From Antedon mediterranea (taxonomy: Eukaryota > Animalia > Echinodermata), in NCBI RefSeq assembly GCF_964355755.1, contig NC_092676.1:14588871-14652870 (forward strand): a stretch of DNA of 64,000 nucleotides, in the 5' to 3' direction. Positions 12,172 through 24,851 of the stretch are shown piece after piece. How positions within the stretch are numbered: the stretch's first letter is position 1; every line of letters starts with the position of its first letter. The position numbers were made by a program, and so were the translations under genes. The notes beneath the pieces were generated by a model. That model worked only from the letters and a program-made list of their open reading frames with translations, did no database searches and had not been told where the DNA came from.

Positions 12172-12455
12172 CATACATGCCATCATCTGAAGTTTAAAAA
12201 ATGTGAGAGGAAATCCCCTTTCCGCTGAGAAAAAAAAATCAGAAAATTATTACCTTACAATGGCTTACATCATAATTTTGCTTGTGTGTGCATTTTTGTT
12301 ATATTTTAATGCAGAAAACCACACATTTACATCAAAATTCAGTTATCTTTGGAATCCGTGAGAAAATGTGGAAAACTGGGAGCACAATTTTAGGCCGGGA
12401 GACGAGTCCAATATATGGGAGTCTCCCGGCCAAAACGAGAGTGTTGGCATGTATG
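12172..12455. mobile_element. 284-bp MITE with a 6-bp TSD (hAT-like)
   Basis: TIRs CATACATGCCATCA / TGTTGGCATGTATG, flanked on both sides by TTAATA. Confidence 0.75.
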
Positions 12456-13064
12456 TTAATATGATGGAGAAATAGCTATTACTAGTAAAATTGGTCTTTA
12501 AGCACTATTGCCTATAATATATTTATGTACATTTAGTCTCAATTACACTTGCCTATTTTTATTTTAGATGGTGTAAAATATAAAAACCTAAAAAATTTTT
12601 TTACAATAATATAAGCTTCAGATTTTCAATTTTAGCGCAAATTTATGGACAAAGCTTTTGCAATCTTTGAATTCACCACATTGAAGATATTCAAACTGAA
12701 CTGCTCAATCGCAGTTCATTTCATATATAATGTTCAGTGGCAACTGGCCTTAATATTTTTATTTATCAAATACAGTTTGTGTATGGAGAGTATGCAAATT
12801 ATTGCCAAAATGTAGACTTGCCATTGTACTTAACCATTTTGAGGCTTTTATATAAAATTTAACAGGGTTTTTATAATCATTTTTTATCATGTCTTTCTTA
12901 TTTTTACTTAAACCCATGTTACATCAATTAAAATTGTTTTCAGCTAGCATACATTAAATTCTTAACACTATATAGAATACAAATAATGAATGTATATGAG
13001 TGTAATGGTACAAATAATTTCATGAGGTGAAAATTAAACACATTTTCATCTTTTACCGAATGAA

Positions 13065-14113
13065 ATCATCAGCCTCTGTGTGGCTGCTCATTACAGGTTG
13101 ATCAGACATCAGGCTCTGTGTGGCTGCTCATTACAGGTTGATCAGACATCATCAGCCTCTGTGTGGCTGCTCATTACAGGTTGATCAGACATCATCAGCC
13201 TCTGTGTGATTGCTCATTACAGGTTGATCAGACATCATCAGCCTCTGTGTGGCTGCTCATTACAGGTTGATCAGACATCATCAGCCTCTGTGTGGCTGCT
13301 CATTACAGGTTGATCAGACATCATCAGCCTCTGTGTGGCTGCTCATTACAGGTTGATCAGACATCATCAGCCTCTGTGTGGCTGCTCATTACAGGTTGAT
13401 CAGACATCATCAGCCTCTGTGTGGCTGCTCATTACAGGTTGATCAGACATCATCAGCCTCTGTGTGGCTGCTCATTACAGGTTGATCAGACATCAGGCTC
13501 TGTGTGGCTGCTCATTACAGGTTGATCAGACATCATCAGCCTCTGTGTGGCTGCTCATTACAGGTTGATCAGACATCATCAGCCTCTGTGTGATTGCTCA
13601 TTACAGGTTGATCAGACATCATCAGCCTCTGTGTGGCTGCTCATTACAGGTTGATCAGACATCATCAGCCTCTGTGTGGCTGCTCACTGCAGGTTGATCA
13701 GACATCATCAGCCTCTGTGTGGCTGCTCATTACAGGTTGATCAGACATCATCAGCCTCTGTGTGGCTGCTCATTACAGGTTGATCAGACATCATCAGCCT
13801 CTGTGTGGCTGCTCATTACAGGTTGATCAGACATCATCAGCCTCTGTGTGGCTGCTCATTACAGGTTGATCAGACATCATCAGCCTCTGTGTGGCTGCTC
13901 ATTACAGGTTGATCAGACATCAGGCTCTGTGTGGCTGCTCATTACAGGTTGATCAGACATCATCAGCCTCTGTGTGGCTGCTCACTGCAGGTTGATCAAA
14001 CATCATCAGCCTCTGTGTGGCTGCTCATTACAGGTTGATCAGACATCAGCCTCTGTGTGGCTGCTCATTACAGGTTGATCAGACATCATCAGCCTCTGTG
14101 TGGCTGCTCACTG
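13065..14113. repeat. 43-bp minisatellite, ~24.5 copies
   Basis: Unit catcatcagcctctgtgtggctgctcattacaggttgatcaga, with occasional 40-bp variants and no spacers. Confidence 0.97.
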
Positions 14114-15443
14114 TGTATACAGTGTAATAGAACATTTATTATATGACCCACAATTCTCTAATAAAATGATCTACTAGGGTTTTATAATACTGTGTATTCA
14201 AAGCATGCAATCACTAGTAGTTGTTGCAGTTGACAACACATTATTTACATTTTACTTGTTATCTGTAAACACTAATACTAACTTTGTTGGGTATGAAGTA
14301 TGAATTGTCATATCACAGACTTAGAACATAGGCTTAGTATGAGGCTCAATTTTTGTTATTTCATATTTCTTACCGGCCTAAAATAAGAGCAAGCTTTTTT
14401 GTGTGTAGCATAAAATAAATAGATGGAATAAGTAACAATAAATACATGTTAAAAACTACTTGCTGTCCATAAACATTGGGGAGATTTGTTTCAGAATGGT
14501 AGATGAAGAACAAACATCCAAATATAGTCCTAATAATAAATTGAATGGTGTACAGTATGCTGGACAATATACATCCGCAAATAAATGTTTTGTATAAATT
14601 ACCTTTCCATTCCATCTTCTGTCTCTAAACAACAAATGCTAATTAGCATGTACAGGTAGCAAAACTTCAGATCTTCCCAATATTATGTGATTGCTATAGG
14701 CTTACATTACACTGTCATAAAACTGAATTGCCTGATTTTAATTTGTAAATTGTTGACTTGATGATATTATTCTTAGTTCTAGATGAAGTCAGTTAATCAT
14801 GTTAATTGTCATTGACTTTAATCGCTTACTTCAGATTATATACAACGCATTGAGAACCTGCTTTATAATGCGCTATTTGAAAATTATTATTATTATTATT
14901 ATTTGCTTTTTTGCGAGACTGAAATGTTATTTGGTTTAAAAACTACTGTAGTTTTTACCATACCAGTAATTCTTTTATTAAATCAAGAAGTGGATTTTTG
15001 TACATTTTACATTATTTGGCATTTTTTAAACAGATATAAAGTAGGTTTCATTCCATTTTGGAATCGTTTCAGCTTTATGTATTATCTTATATTCATGTCA
15101 ATAGGCTTACTGTAGTGTATCATAGAATAAGGTTTTCAATGTGTGGGTAAAAGTGTTTAATTTAAGTGTAAATAGATATACTGTACATACAAGGTATATG
15201 GTCAACTACATTTTCTATGTTTTTTATGTTATTTGTTTGTATCTTGTATTGATATTACTCTAAATTACATTTATATCAATAGAGTATAACAGCCTTCTTT
15301 GGGACACATCTACTAAGGGGATGGGAACGGTTGATTCAACATCTATTCCATCACAAAAAAACTAAACAATTACACTAATTCCTCCATGGTTCAATAGAAC
15401 ATAAACCTAATCAGATGAATTTTGTGAACTTTGACTCTAATAA

Positions 15444-15545
15444 TCCATGCGCTGGGAGGGTCCATGCGCTGGGAGGGTCCATGCGCTGAGAGGGTCCATG
15501 CGCTGAGAGGGTCCATGCGCTGAGAGGGTCCATGCGCTGGGAGGC
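15444..15545. repeat. 17-bp tandem repeat, 6 copies
   Basis: Unit tccatgcgctg(g/a)gaggg. Confidence 0.95.
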
Positions 15546-16200
15546 TCCCCCTGAAAACTAAAAAAGAGATGTTAACATCAAATACAGTATCCTCATTCCC
15601 GAGATGGGGTTTTAACTGATTTTTAAAAACGATTTAATTTCAGATTTGTTACAAATTTTGGTAATACAAGCCATAAGTACAGTTTTTCTTGAACAAATCA
15701 TTCATTCTTGGTATGAATGTATAAGAGTATTGTCTGCTCTACAATTTTATATAAAATATGTGGTAATTAAATAATTAATGACATTATAAAAAGTCACATC
15801 TTTTTTGAAAATGGAAAAATTCTGGTATCTACAAACATATCTTTTAAATATGCCAACATTATTGTTTAAAAATAGGCTAAAATGATGCATATATGATAGG
15901 TATATAAATTCTGATTCATATAACCATTTTTAGGTAGATGTATATAGCTATAAAATATGTACACAACTTAACAAAACAATCAGTTTTATTATTTTCTGTA
16001 CATTTTTGGGGTCAAATCTTTACAAATAGATAGTAGTATGTAGGGTAATGTCTGTTTTACATTTTGATGTTATATTTAGTGTAATTGGATAATTAATGAC
16101 ATCACATTAGGTCAAAAGGTCACATTTAAAAAAGAAGGTACTGTATCTACAAACACGTAAATGTATAATTAAAATATTATTATTAAAATTAATCTTCATC

Positions 16201-17500
16201 TTAATCACTATCTTCACTCTGAGAAAGTTCACTTTCCTCAGAATTACTCTCCTCATCATCTTCCTGAAATTTTGGATCATCCAGTTTGTCAAGAATATCA
16301 ACTAGGTTTTGTGGGAAAATTTCGTCGTTAGATGTCCATTGTGACTCTGATCCATTTTCTGTTGCAGTCCACCTTTGATTAATTGTTGGTAATGGAATTT
16401 TAGTTTTTGCTATGTTAGCGCGTTTCCATATTGCCACTTGATAGTTGGCTCTCTTTATGTGTTTCTTTGAACAGTTTTTACATGGGGGCAATGTTGAAAT
16501 ATAAAAATTTGTTGATGGATTTTACAAACCTCCATCCAATCCACATTTCTCTTTTAAACGAGAATACCTCATTTCATTTACAATCCTCAATCCTGGTTTC
16601 CCATATATAGCACAGGTAAAATGTTCAAGTTCTTTATCAACACCCCAGGCTTGGCAATGCCCTCAGTAGGTATTTTTTGAATGAGATTTATGGGTTTTAT
16701 TTACCAATTTCTTTAAAGGCACTTGTAAATGTAGACCCAATAATGCTGAACAGTACTGCTTTGTGTACTCGTCTGCAATCTTTAAAATACATCTTCTTAT
16801 GTTGCCTGTTCCAGTCCCAAATATAATTTGTATTCCAGATAACTGAATGGCATGATGCAGCAAAATAAAGAAAATTTCTCCGCCAGGAATCCTAATTCTA
16901 GCATATTTAAAGCCACTCTCTCTTCCATAAAAGCAATATAGTATCACTCCCGAGTCTGTCTCTTCTTGACTGGATTGAAGGTTGATCATCTCTGTTGTTG
17001 ATATGGTACTACCGTCTGATATTATCTGATGTGCTTTTCCATCACAAATAAGAATCACTATTCTATCTACAAGCTTTGTTGCAAATGAGTTGCTACTCCG
17101 TGTGGAATGCAATACCTGAATAAGTTGTTGTTTATTTTCGTCGTTTGTAAGAAATGCTTTCCAATCATTTTGTTTCTTTATTTTTTCTCAACTGATAATT
17201 AATGTCTATGTACAACCTCTTCTCTTACATTCAGCTGCCTTAACAGAATCATTGTTGTACATACAGTATATGTACTGAATGTCACCACATGCTTTTTAAG
17301 CATAAGTTTGAACAGTTTATCTACTATTGGGCCAAAGTTTCCTTCATATAAAAGTGCATTACCATCTTCAATTAGTATGATTTTATCGTCTGGTGGTAAC
17401 ACAACATCCTCAACATCTTTCGTTAGGTAATGGTAACCTTTTGCTTTGTTTGTCTTGGCAAGAAAACGATCTGCTGTCCCGATACTATAGGGTATAGGTT
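16201..17500 (-). pseudogene. Degraded Academ (AcademX) transposon protein, XPG/PIN nuclease region
   Basis: Frameshifted pieces: PIPYSIGTAD..KTNKAK, IEDGNALL, WKAFLTNDENKQQLI, SSQEETDSGVIL, LPPC...HIKRANYQVAIWKRA, and an acidic tail. Confidence 0.7.
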
Positions 17501-19149
17501 TTCTTTGAGCAGAATAGAATTTAGAATATTAGTTATCCGTACTTATCCGTTTAAGAGAGTGTATCTCGTTTTTTCGTGCCCAAAATTCTTACATTTCCAT
17601 TAATGTAATTATTTAGATGATCTAAAATTGCTGTCTTGATGTTACATTTTTATGTCATGTTAAAAATTTGATTCAAAGATGGGTCTTGTAATTTCATCTA
17701 TGCTGAACTACACAATATAACCCGATGACAAGTTCAAATCTAGTTCTGTATTATTCTTTCTTTCTGTCCCTTTTTTGGTCGGTCACGTATCTTTAAACGT
17801 GCAACCATAATATTTCATAACTTTGTCCACATAATAGACATTTACGTGAAGTTGTGCACCTCCTATTTTTTTTAATGTTTTAATTCAGAATTGCACAACA
17901 TAACTTGCGCATAATTTCATGAATTTGAATGACTGATCACAGAACAGTCATTTTCAAGGTTTAACTTTCTGTGGATTAAAAATAGCGTGTTTTACACAAA
18001 GGTACGCGCACACGCATTAAAAAAATCTCAAAATGCGCAAAACTAATTTTGTACATGATTCATGCCATTTTGCGCATATAAAAAATTCCCACGAATGCTC
18101 AATTTTTGACGTGTACGGTAAGATAAGGTAAAAATCATGTTTTTTCACTTGAATTATATTTTTGAAAAAATAGGATTTTTGTCTCTTTCATCATAGCTCA
18201 TCACATTCACTAGAGCACATCTCGCTTATACGTAGGCCTACCTCAATTTCCCCCAGATTTTAATATTTGTTTTCTCAATCAATTATCTTTTGCATGAGTT
18301 ACACACATTTTAATTTTGATGACATCATGTCAACAAATTTGCATTACGTGGGTCACTTATTTTCATCTTTACAATAAATTTCAATCTGTTATAGCTCTTC
18401 AGAATAAAATGTGATACTCATGATTAAAATGTGGTCTGGAAGCTGTTGAATTGTATATGATTTTTTTGTGCGGATAGCACGTAAGTAATGCAAAAAGTTG
18501 ATTTTTACAGCCATTATTTGTTTTCATACCCTACGTGATGCTTTCATTTCCATGAACTCTAAAATCTAATACTCAAATAACGACACACATGCACCGTTTG
18601 AATCTCTTACAACTCCTCTCAATGAGTTCTATATATCAATTTATGTACACGACGTACAAAATGGTATGACGCCATCATGTGGCCTACTGAATTACGATTT
18701 TTTCCTCTTGTCATGTCATGTCATAATCACATTCAAGAGAGCGCATCTGGTGGCGGTAATTATCGTTGTTGGTTTCGATTGAATAAAATAAACAATAAAT
18801 AATTATAATACAAAAATATCGGATGTTGTGATGTCATATAACCAATTGAAGTTAAAAAGTAGTTTTTTCATGTCTTTCGTAAAAGAATACAAATTTCACC
18901 GCGCTTTCAATCGTTTGTACTAGGCCTACCTAACTTACTAAAACGGGAATATTGTATGATTACACCAATTATTAATACTACTAGCAGTAGTAGTAGTTTC
19001 TGCCTTGTTATATACTAATTCGCATGTGATGAGTAGGCCTACTGTAAATATAATAAAGCGCACTCTTCCTTAATAAAAGTAGGCCTACTCCGACAAAAAA
19101 TTTGTCAAGAATAAAAATCGGAACTATTTACTACGGAAGCTTAAATTGA

Positions 19150-19645
19150 CATTCCGAGTTACTGAGATAATTATCTTGGAAACACGGAATAAAGCAATCG
19201 ATATGATGGAATTCCAAGATAAATTAACTCAGAAAGACGGAATTCTCAGATAGTTTATCTCGGAAAGACGGAATTCTCAGATAGTTTATCTCGGAAAGAC
19301 GGAATTCTAAGATAGTTTATCTCGGAAAGACGGAATTCTAAGATAGTTTATCTCGGAAAGACGGAATTCTTAGATAGTTTATCTCGGAAAGACGGAATTC
19401 TTAGATAGTTTATCTCGGAAAGACGGAATTCTCAGATAGTTTATCTCGGAAAGACGGAACTCTCAGATAGTTTATTTTGGAAAGACGGAATTCTCAGATA
19501 GTTTATTTTGGAAAGACGGAATTCTCAGATAGGTTATCTGGAGAAGACGGAATTCCAAGATAACGTATCTCTGAAAGATGGAATTCCAAGATAACGTATC
19601 TCGGAAAGATGGAATTCTATGATAAATTTTCTCGAAATTCCAAGA
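19150..19645. repeat. 31-bp tandem array with degenerate edges
   Basis: Unit tcggaaagacggaattctcagatagtttatc, about 15 copies. Confidence 0.92.
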
Positions 19646-21504
19646 ACCGGCGTGAAGTTGGTTACTTATTCCTTATTCGATATTCAATGTTTTGTGTGAA
19701 GTTGGTTACTTATTCAACATTCACATGTATGGGGCGCAAAATGTGTAATAACTTAATTAAATGATTTTATCCTTACGGCTTGGACTAACTAGGGCTATGA
19801 TTTATAGGGCTATAATTGCGTTATAAACGGCATGGACCGGGATGATGATACATGGGTTGAGGCGAGTAGGGTCCAGTCATTTCATAAAAATACCACTTGC
19901 CCCGGTCCATGCCGTCTAGCTGCCATTTTACGCCATTTTAAAACGTTACTACAATTTAACGTTCCTCTCCTGGTACAGTCGACACGGCTAAAGGGAATAT
20001 GCAATAAACTATTACGTGTACGACCAGGGACATTTAAACTAAATAGCGAAATATTTAGAATTTAAAATATTATATAAAAAAACCATATCAGATATCTTTC
20101 GACGATTGCTGACAGAATCAAAGGCAAAATTAACACAGTTATAATACAGGAACAGGAACTTTCGTTGAACAGCGTCGATTCGACAGGCCTGACATGGAGA
20201 AATTGAATTGAAAATTACGGAACGAAATTCAAGGTGAGGACGTATAATAGATTTGTTTTAAGATCAAAGTGCCCTGCCGTTTTTCTTAAACCTTATATTT
20301 CTCCATATCAAGCCCATCATTCTATGAGCTTTTGCCAACACATGATTAATATGTGAACAACAATTTAATTTACCATCAATAAAAATACCTCAATCTTTCT
20401 GTACATAAATAATCATAAAAATAAATAATACATAATCTCAAGAAAATGCCCATTCAAATTATAATTTAATAGCACAGGCCTGTTCTTAAGTGTTATAGAT
20501 AAATATTAATTTTACATTTATTAGCATTCAGTTTTAGCCCCCACTTCTCCATCCATTCCACGAGACCATCCATATCCTCCTAAAGAAAAAAAGCATCCTG
20601 TGGAGTGGAAATCAATTTCAGATCGTCGGCAAACAAAAGAGACTAGGAATGATTACATTTTAAAGGAAGGTTGTTGATAAATAAATTAAATAAAAGAGAG
20701 CCAATCAGATGTTTCTCCCCCAATGACAAAACGATGTTGTCTATTAATTAAATAGCTTCTTTAAACCAACTTAAAAGTGAACCGGATAAACAAAATTTTG
20801 AAAGTTTAAATTATTATAACTAATACTAATTAAGAAGCTTATTACCATGTTTGTTATGAAATTGTACAGTAAACCTTAAACATCATACTACTCAGTATGT
20901 GATTTTAATTAAAACTAAAAATTAATAATTTAACAATTCTAAAGAATTTAGGTTTGTTTTGGTCAGATGTTTCAGTATTTCCTCCATTACAATAAGCTGT
21001 TTGATGCAACATACTTAGTTAAATTGAATCTTTTTAATACAAAGAAACAAAAATATGTAAATTAGTTGCATAGTAATCTTCATTCACAAACCTATATTTA
21101 GGATACTAGTTGTAATTAAAATCAGTCCCAACCATGATGGGATTGAGGTGGTGCAGGAGACTCTTCACTTAACCGACCCTACCAATGAAATCGGCTCGAC
21201 CTATGTGTATATTTCAGATTCAAATAGGCATATCTTTTTAAGGTTTTATACAATTGACTCCAAGCTGGAACTTTGATACAGTTTTTACAAAAACTTATAG
21301 GCCCATATTTTCAAAATATCTTTACTCAATCGGGGGCTAAGGCTGAGAATTGCCTCCTAGTCGCCACCTCTTTCACTGAAAACAATCATCCACCAGAGCC
21401 GATGTACTTGAAATTGAATACACATACAATTAATCGTAATTGGTTTGTCCATCCACTTTTCACGTTTGGGGTGTATGTCACAAGTGATTTAATTTTTGTT
21501 CCAT

Positions 21505-21821
21505 TGTACCGTATGAGGGGGGTCATTCATGCGTAGCGGCCTCTTATTGGATGATGGGTTGGTATATAAAGTGTGTGCGGGAACGGCTCGAGGTTGAAAC
21601 AAGGAGTTGGGAGTAAGCCGAGTGTTGCATTTCTTGATTGGGTGTGGCAAACTACTATTGTTTTGATAAGTTGCTAAGCGGAGAAAATAAAGAAAACCAC
21701 AAAGTAAGAGATATAGATATTTGATGCACACTTCAGCGATATTGTAGTCGTGTAATAAATAACTCCTTAATTTCTAATCTGAGGTCTCTTTTTACGACTG
21801 TTAATTGAGTGGTAGGCTACA
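21505..21821 (+). mobile_element. Candidate LTR followed by a non-coding purine-skewed internal region
   Basis: TGTA...TACA ends, with ATTGG, TATATAAA and AATAAA inside. No partner LTR or TSD was found. Confidence 0.35.
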
Positions 21822-22094
21822 TTGAAGAACGGATTGACTAATTGAATTTATAACTAAAGGACTCTGGCAACCAGAACACTTGTGAGTACAGAATAGTAAC
21901 GATATTGGAATTGAACGAGACGGAAAGGAAAAACTTACTACTAGTACGACACACCATTGAATTGGAGACATTAAAGAAAGACGTTAAAGAAAAGAAGGAC
22001 GGTTACAGAAATAATGCGTGGAATGTTATATACAACGGTTACTGGTGTGTGAAATAGCCACCTGATTGGAACTTACATGGCATTATCAACGTGT

Positions 22095-22400
22095 AAACTT
22101 ATTGTAATTATATATATATATGGAATAGATAGATGCATTATGAAATAACATATATTATATGTGTGGAAAAGAATAGAATAGTATATGAATTTAAGAAATA
22201 TTGTGAAACAACTTATTGTAATTATATATATGGAATAGATAGATGAATTATGAAATAACAAATATTATTATGTGTGGAAAAGAATAGAATAATGTACGAA
22301 CTTAAGAAATAGTGTGAAACAAAGTTTTGTTATTATAAATATGGAATAGATACTGAATTATGAATTAACGAGTATTATATAATTATGTGAAAAAGAAACG
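22095..22400. repeat. ~115-bp tandem repeat, ~2.7 diverged copies
   Basis: aacttattgtaattatata..tggaatagatagatg..tgtgtggaaaagaatagaat recurs. Confidence 0.8.
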
Positions 22401-24731
22401 AACATAAATAAGACAAATTGATAAAATTAGTGGCTAAAATATATTAGAAGATTTATAATCGAAGGATATAAGACGAGATAGAGAAAGTGTTGTATTAATT
22501 GGTTCATAGGGAATGGGGATAGTAGTGTAAGAGGGTAATTCGAGATTTATATGATGAAATTAATTGAATAATATTGTAAAGTGTAATGATGATGCAAGTA
22601 TACGTATAGCGGAATTAGGGTAGAGTGTATTTGGAATAGAAGTAATTATTTATTTATTGTTGTATTCATTTATTTGTTTATTGTATTTAATTGGGTTTTG
22701 AGTATTAGGAAAGGGGTAAAGGCCATCTCTAGAGATAATTGAGGGAGTAAAGGGAACTTGTAAGATATTTATTTATGTGTTTATTGTTAACGGGTATTTA
22801 TTTATTAGATGTTATTGAATGGTTAAATGTGAAACTTCATATGAATGCTCGTTTGAGCCTGAGGTATAAATGTTTAAAAGAAAAGGAAAAAAAATAATTA
22901 AAATAACGATAGAAGCTCTTGAAGTAATTTGTAATTGTGTACCTCTTTGTTATGCACATTTTTTTATTGGTCATCAGTGACTCTGCGAATTTGCATAAGT
23001 GCAGTTTTTCAGTGATCCTTAAAGAAAGTTTGACCATAGAATCTCGCAAAATTACGCTGGTCATAAAAAGGGAATGTCATAATATTATGTTCTGATTTCC
23101 TGTGGCTAGATAAAGGATGCTTTAGACCAGGTCTGCTAAATTTATAAGCCAATCATATGGTATAATTTTGGTGGGAAACTTTGGAGGGAAAAATCCTCCT
23201 CTGAAGCCCTTAATTTGCATGTTCAGTATAAGTAGTAAAATGTTATAGATATTAGAAAGAAGAGAAAATGAGATCATAGTAGAAAGACGTATAGAGTATA
23301 GAGAAGAAAGGTCTAGACTGGTAGAAAGTTGTATTGTATTAATACTACAAGGGCGATATATAAATGTGGTATTTTTAATATTCTACATTAGCTGGCATTT
23401 TCTATATTGACTGAATGATGATTGAAGTTATTGAGTTTCTTTATTCTCAAACAAAATTTAGATTCAAATACTATTTCAAATTTAATTGTTAAAATATGTG
23501 TAAAAAGGTTTAATTGTAATGCAACTTAATATTGTAAATCAATAATGCTGAGGGATTGGCTAATATGAAATATAAACGCCGTGGCTAAAGATACGGTACC
23601 GTATCTTAACTTCCGTTTGCTAAAGGTACGGTAAAATTGCATTATGTCATAATCAGCCAATGGAGTGTTGGTACGTGTGTAACGTCATCGTATAAGGACT
23701 TTGGATTTTTTTTCATATCACGGCAAAATATAAATTGTCCGGTACTTATTATTTTCCTGTATCATATTGATATTTCTCAAGAACTTGCCAACTTTTTGAG
23801 ACATTTTCAAATTTATGCCAAACAAGAAATGTTTGAAGAACCAATTTCTGAAGTCAAATTTTCTGGACTTTAAAAGTTCATACGCAAGTTGGGTTAGTAA
23901 AGTAGAGACAGCAGCTGCAGTCAGGCAAATATAGGGACTTTAGATTTCAGATATATAAACGGTTAGATTAAATGGACATTTACGTTGACGTGCCAGTGAA
24001 CGTATGACGTAATGTAATCTCTATGCTATTTCACAGCGCATTGGCAGTACACAGGTTTAGGCCAGGCTAAGTAAGTAGCTTAGGCCTAGCCTAGATTCTT
24101 AATTTTCTAAACAAAGGCTGGCGTCCTATTGACCCAGGCAATAACCTAATTAAAAGCTTTATTTAAAATAAAATTTAAAAAATCAATAAATCACAGTTTG
24201 CAAATATAAATTGACTGAAATTCACTTTACTCTATTCTCAGAAAATGTTCGCTTGATTTTGGTAAACTTTTGCAGTGTTATGACGTCCACTCGTACTCAT
24301 TTCTTGGAGAAAACAATTTTATTTTTTTTAACATGAAAATAATATGCTAGTGTAATATAAACTAATCATTTTAATTAAAAGGATAAGATGTACAGTAGTA
24401 ACAACAGTATTAAAGTCATAATACATTTTTTTAGTCAACTGTCAAAAGTTAATGGTATCCTTGTGGATTTTAGACAGGGACTATGAATTTAAATAGGTTC
24501 AGTATTTAGGCAAGTTCAACTTGTTGGAAATCATGTTTGAAAAAATTATGTTTTTTCATTATCTAAATATATGCAATTCATCAAAAGGTCCAATGTATGA
24601 CCGTTGTTGCTCCATGGACTGACAAGCGACCAACAGGCTTTAGTAACTTTAGTAATAAGCACGTTTTCAATTCCAATTTTGAAAATAGGTGCCCCTTTAG
24701 TACTACTGTAAGGGTATTGAGATATTTATCT

Positions 24732-24851
24732 TTAATCGTCATCACTCTCATCTTGTGTTGTATAATCTGAACCATCACTGTCATTTTCTTCCTTATCATC
24801 TTCATCGTCTGATGACTCACGTTTCACCTCCTTGTGTTCTTTTACAAAAAG
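24732..24851 (-). CDS. SEC63: SEC63 terminal coding exon (acidic tail)
   Basis: LFVKEHKEVKRESSDDEDDKEENDSDGSDYTTQDESDDD*; ccacag acceptor, TAA stop. Confidence 0.9.
   Translation of the reverse strand, partial: LFVKEHKEVKRESSDDEDDKEENDSDGSDYTTQDESDDD

Noticed and set aside
13065-14113. CRISPR-like array, or tandem hammerhead/snoRNA (CTGATGA on the minus strand)
   Set aside because: There are no unique spacers and no cas genes, and the context is eukaryotic. The unit has no stem II-GAAA.
23588-23607. 20-bp perfect palindrome aagatacggtaccgtatctt
   Set aside because: It is real but short, with no context to support a function.
9402-24851. Conserved SEC63-NR2E1 (TLX) linkage as in vertebrates
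   Set aside because: The exon has NR1 hallmarks (DRxGL, FPRLLMK) rather than the NR2E FGKLLLLLP and IGNVPI motifs, so the adjacency is probably coincidental.
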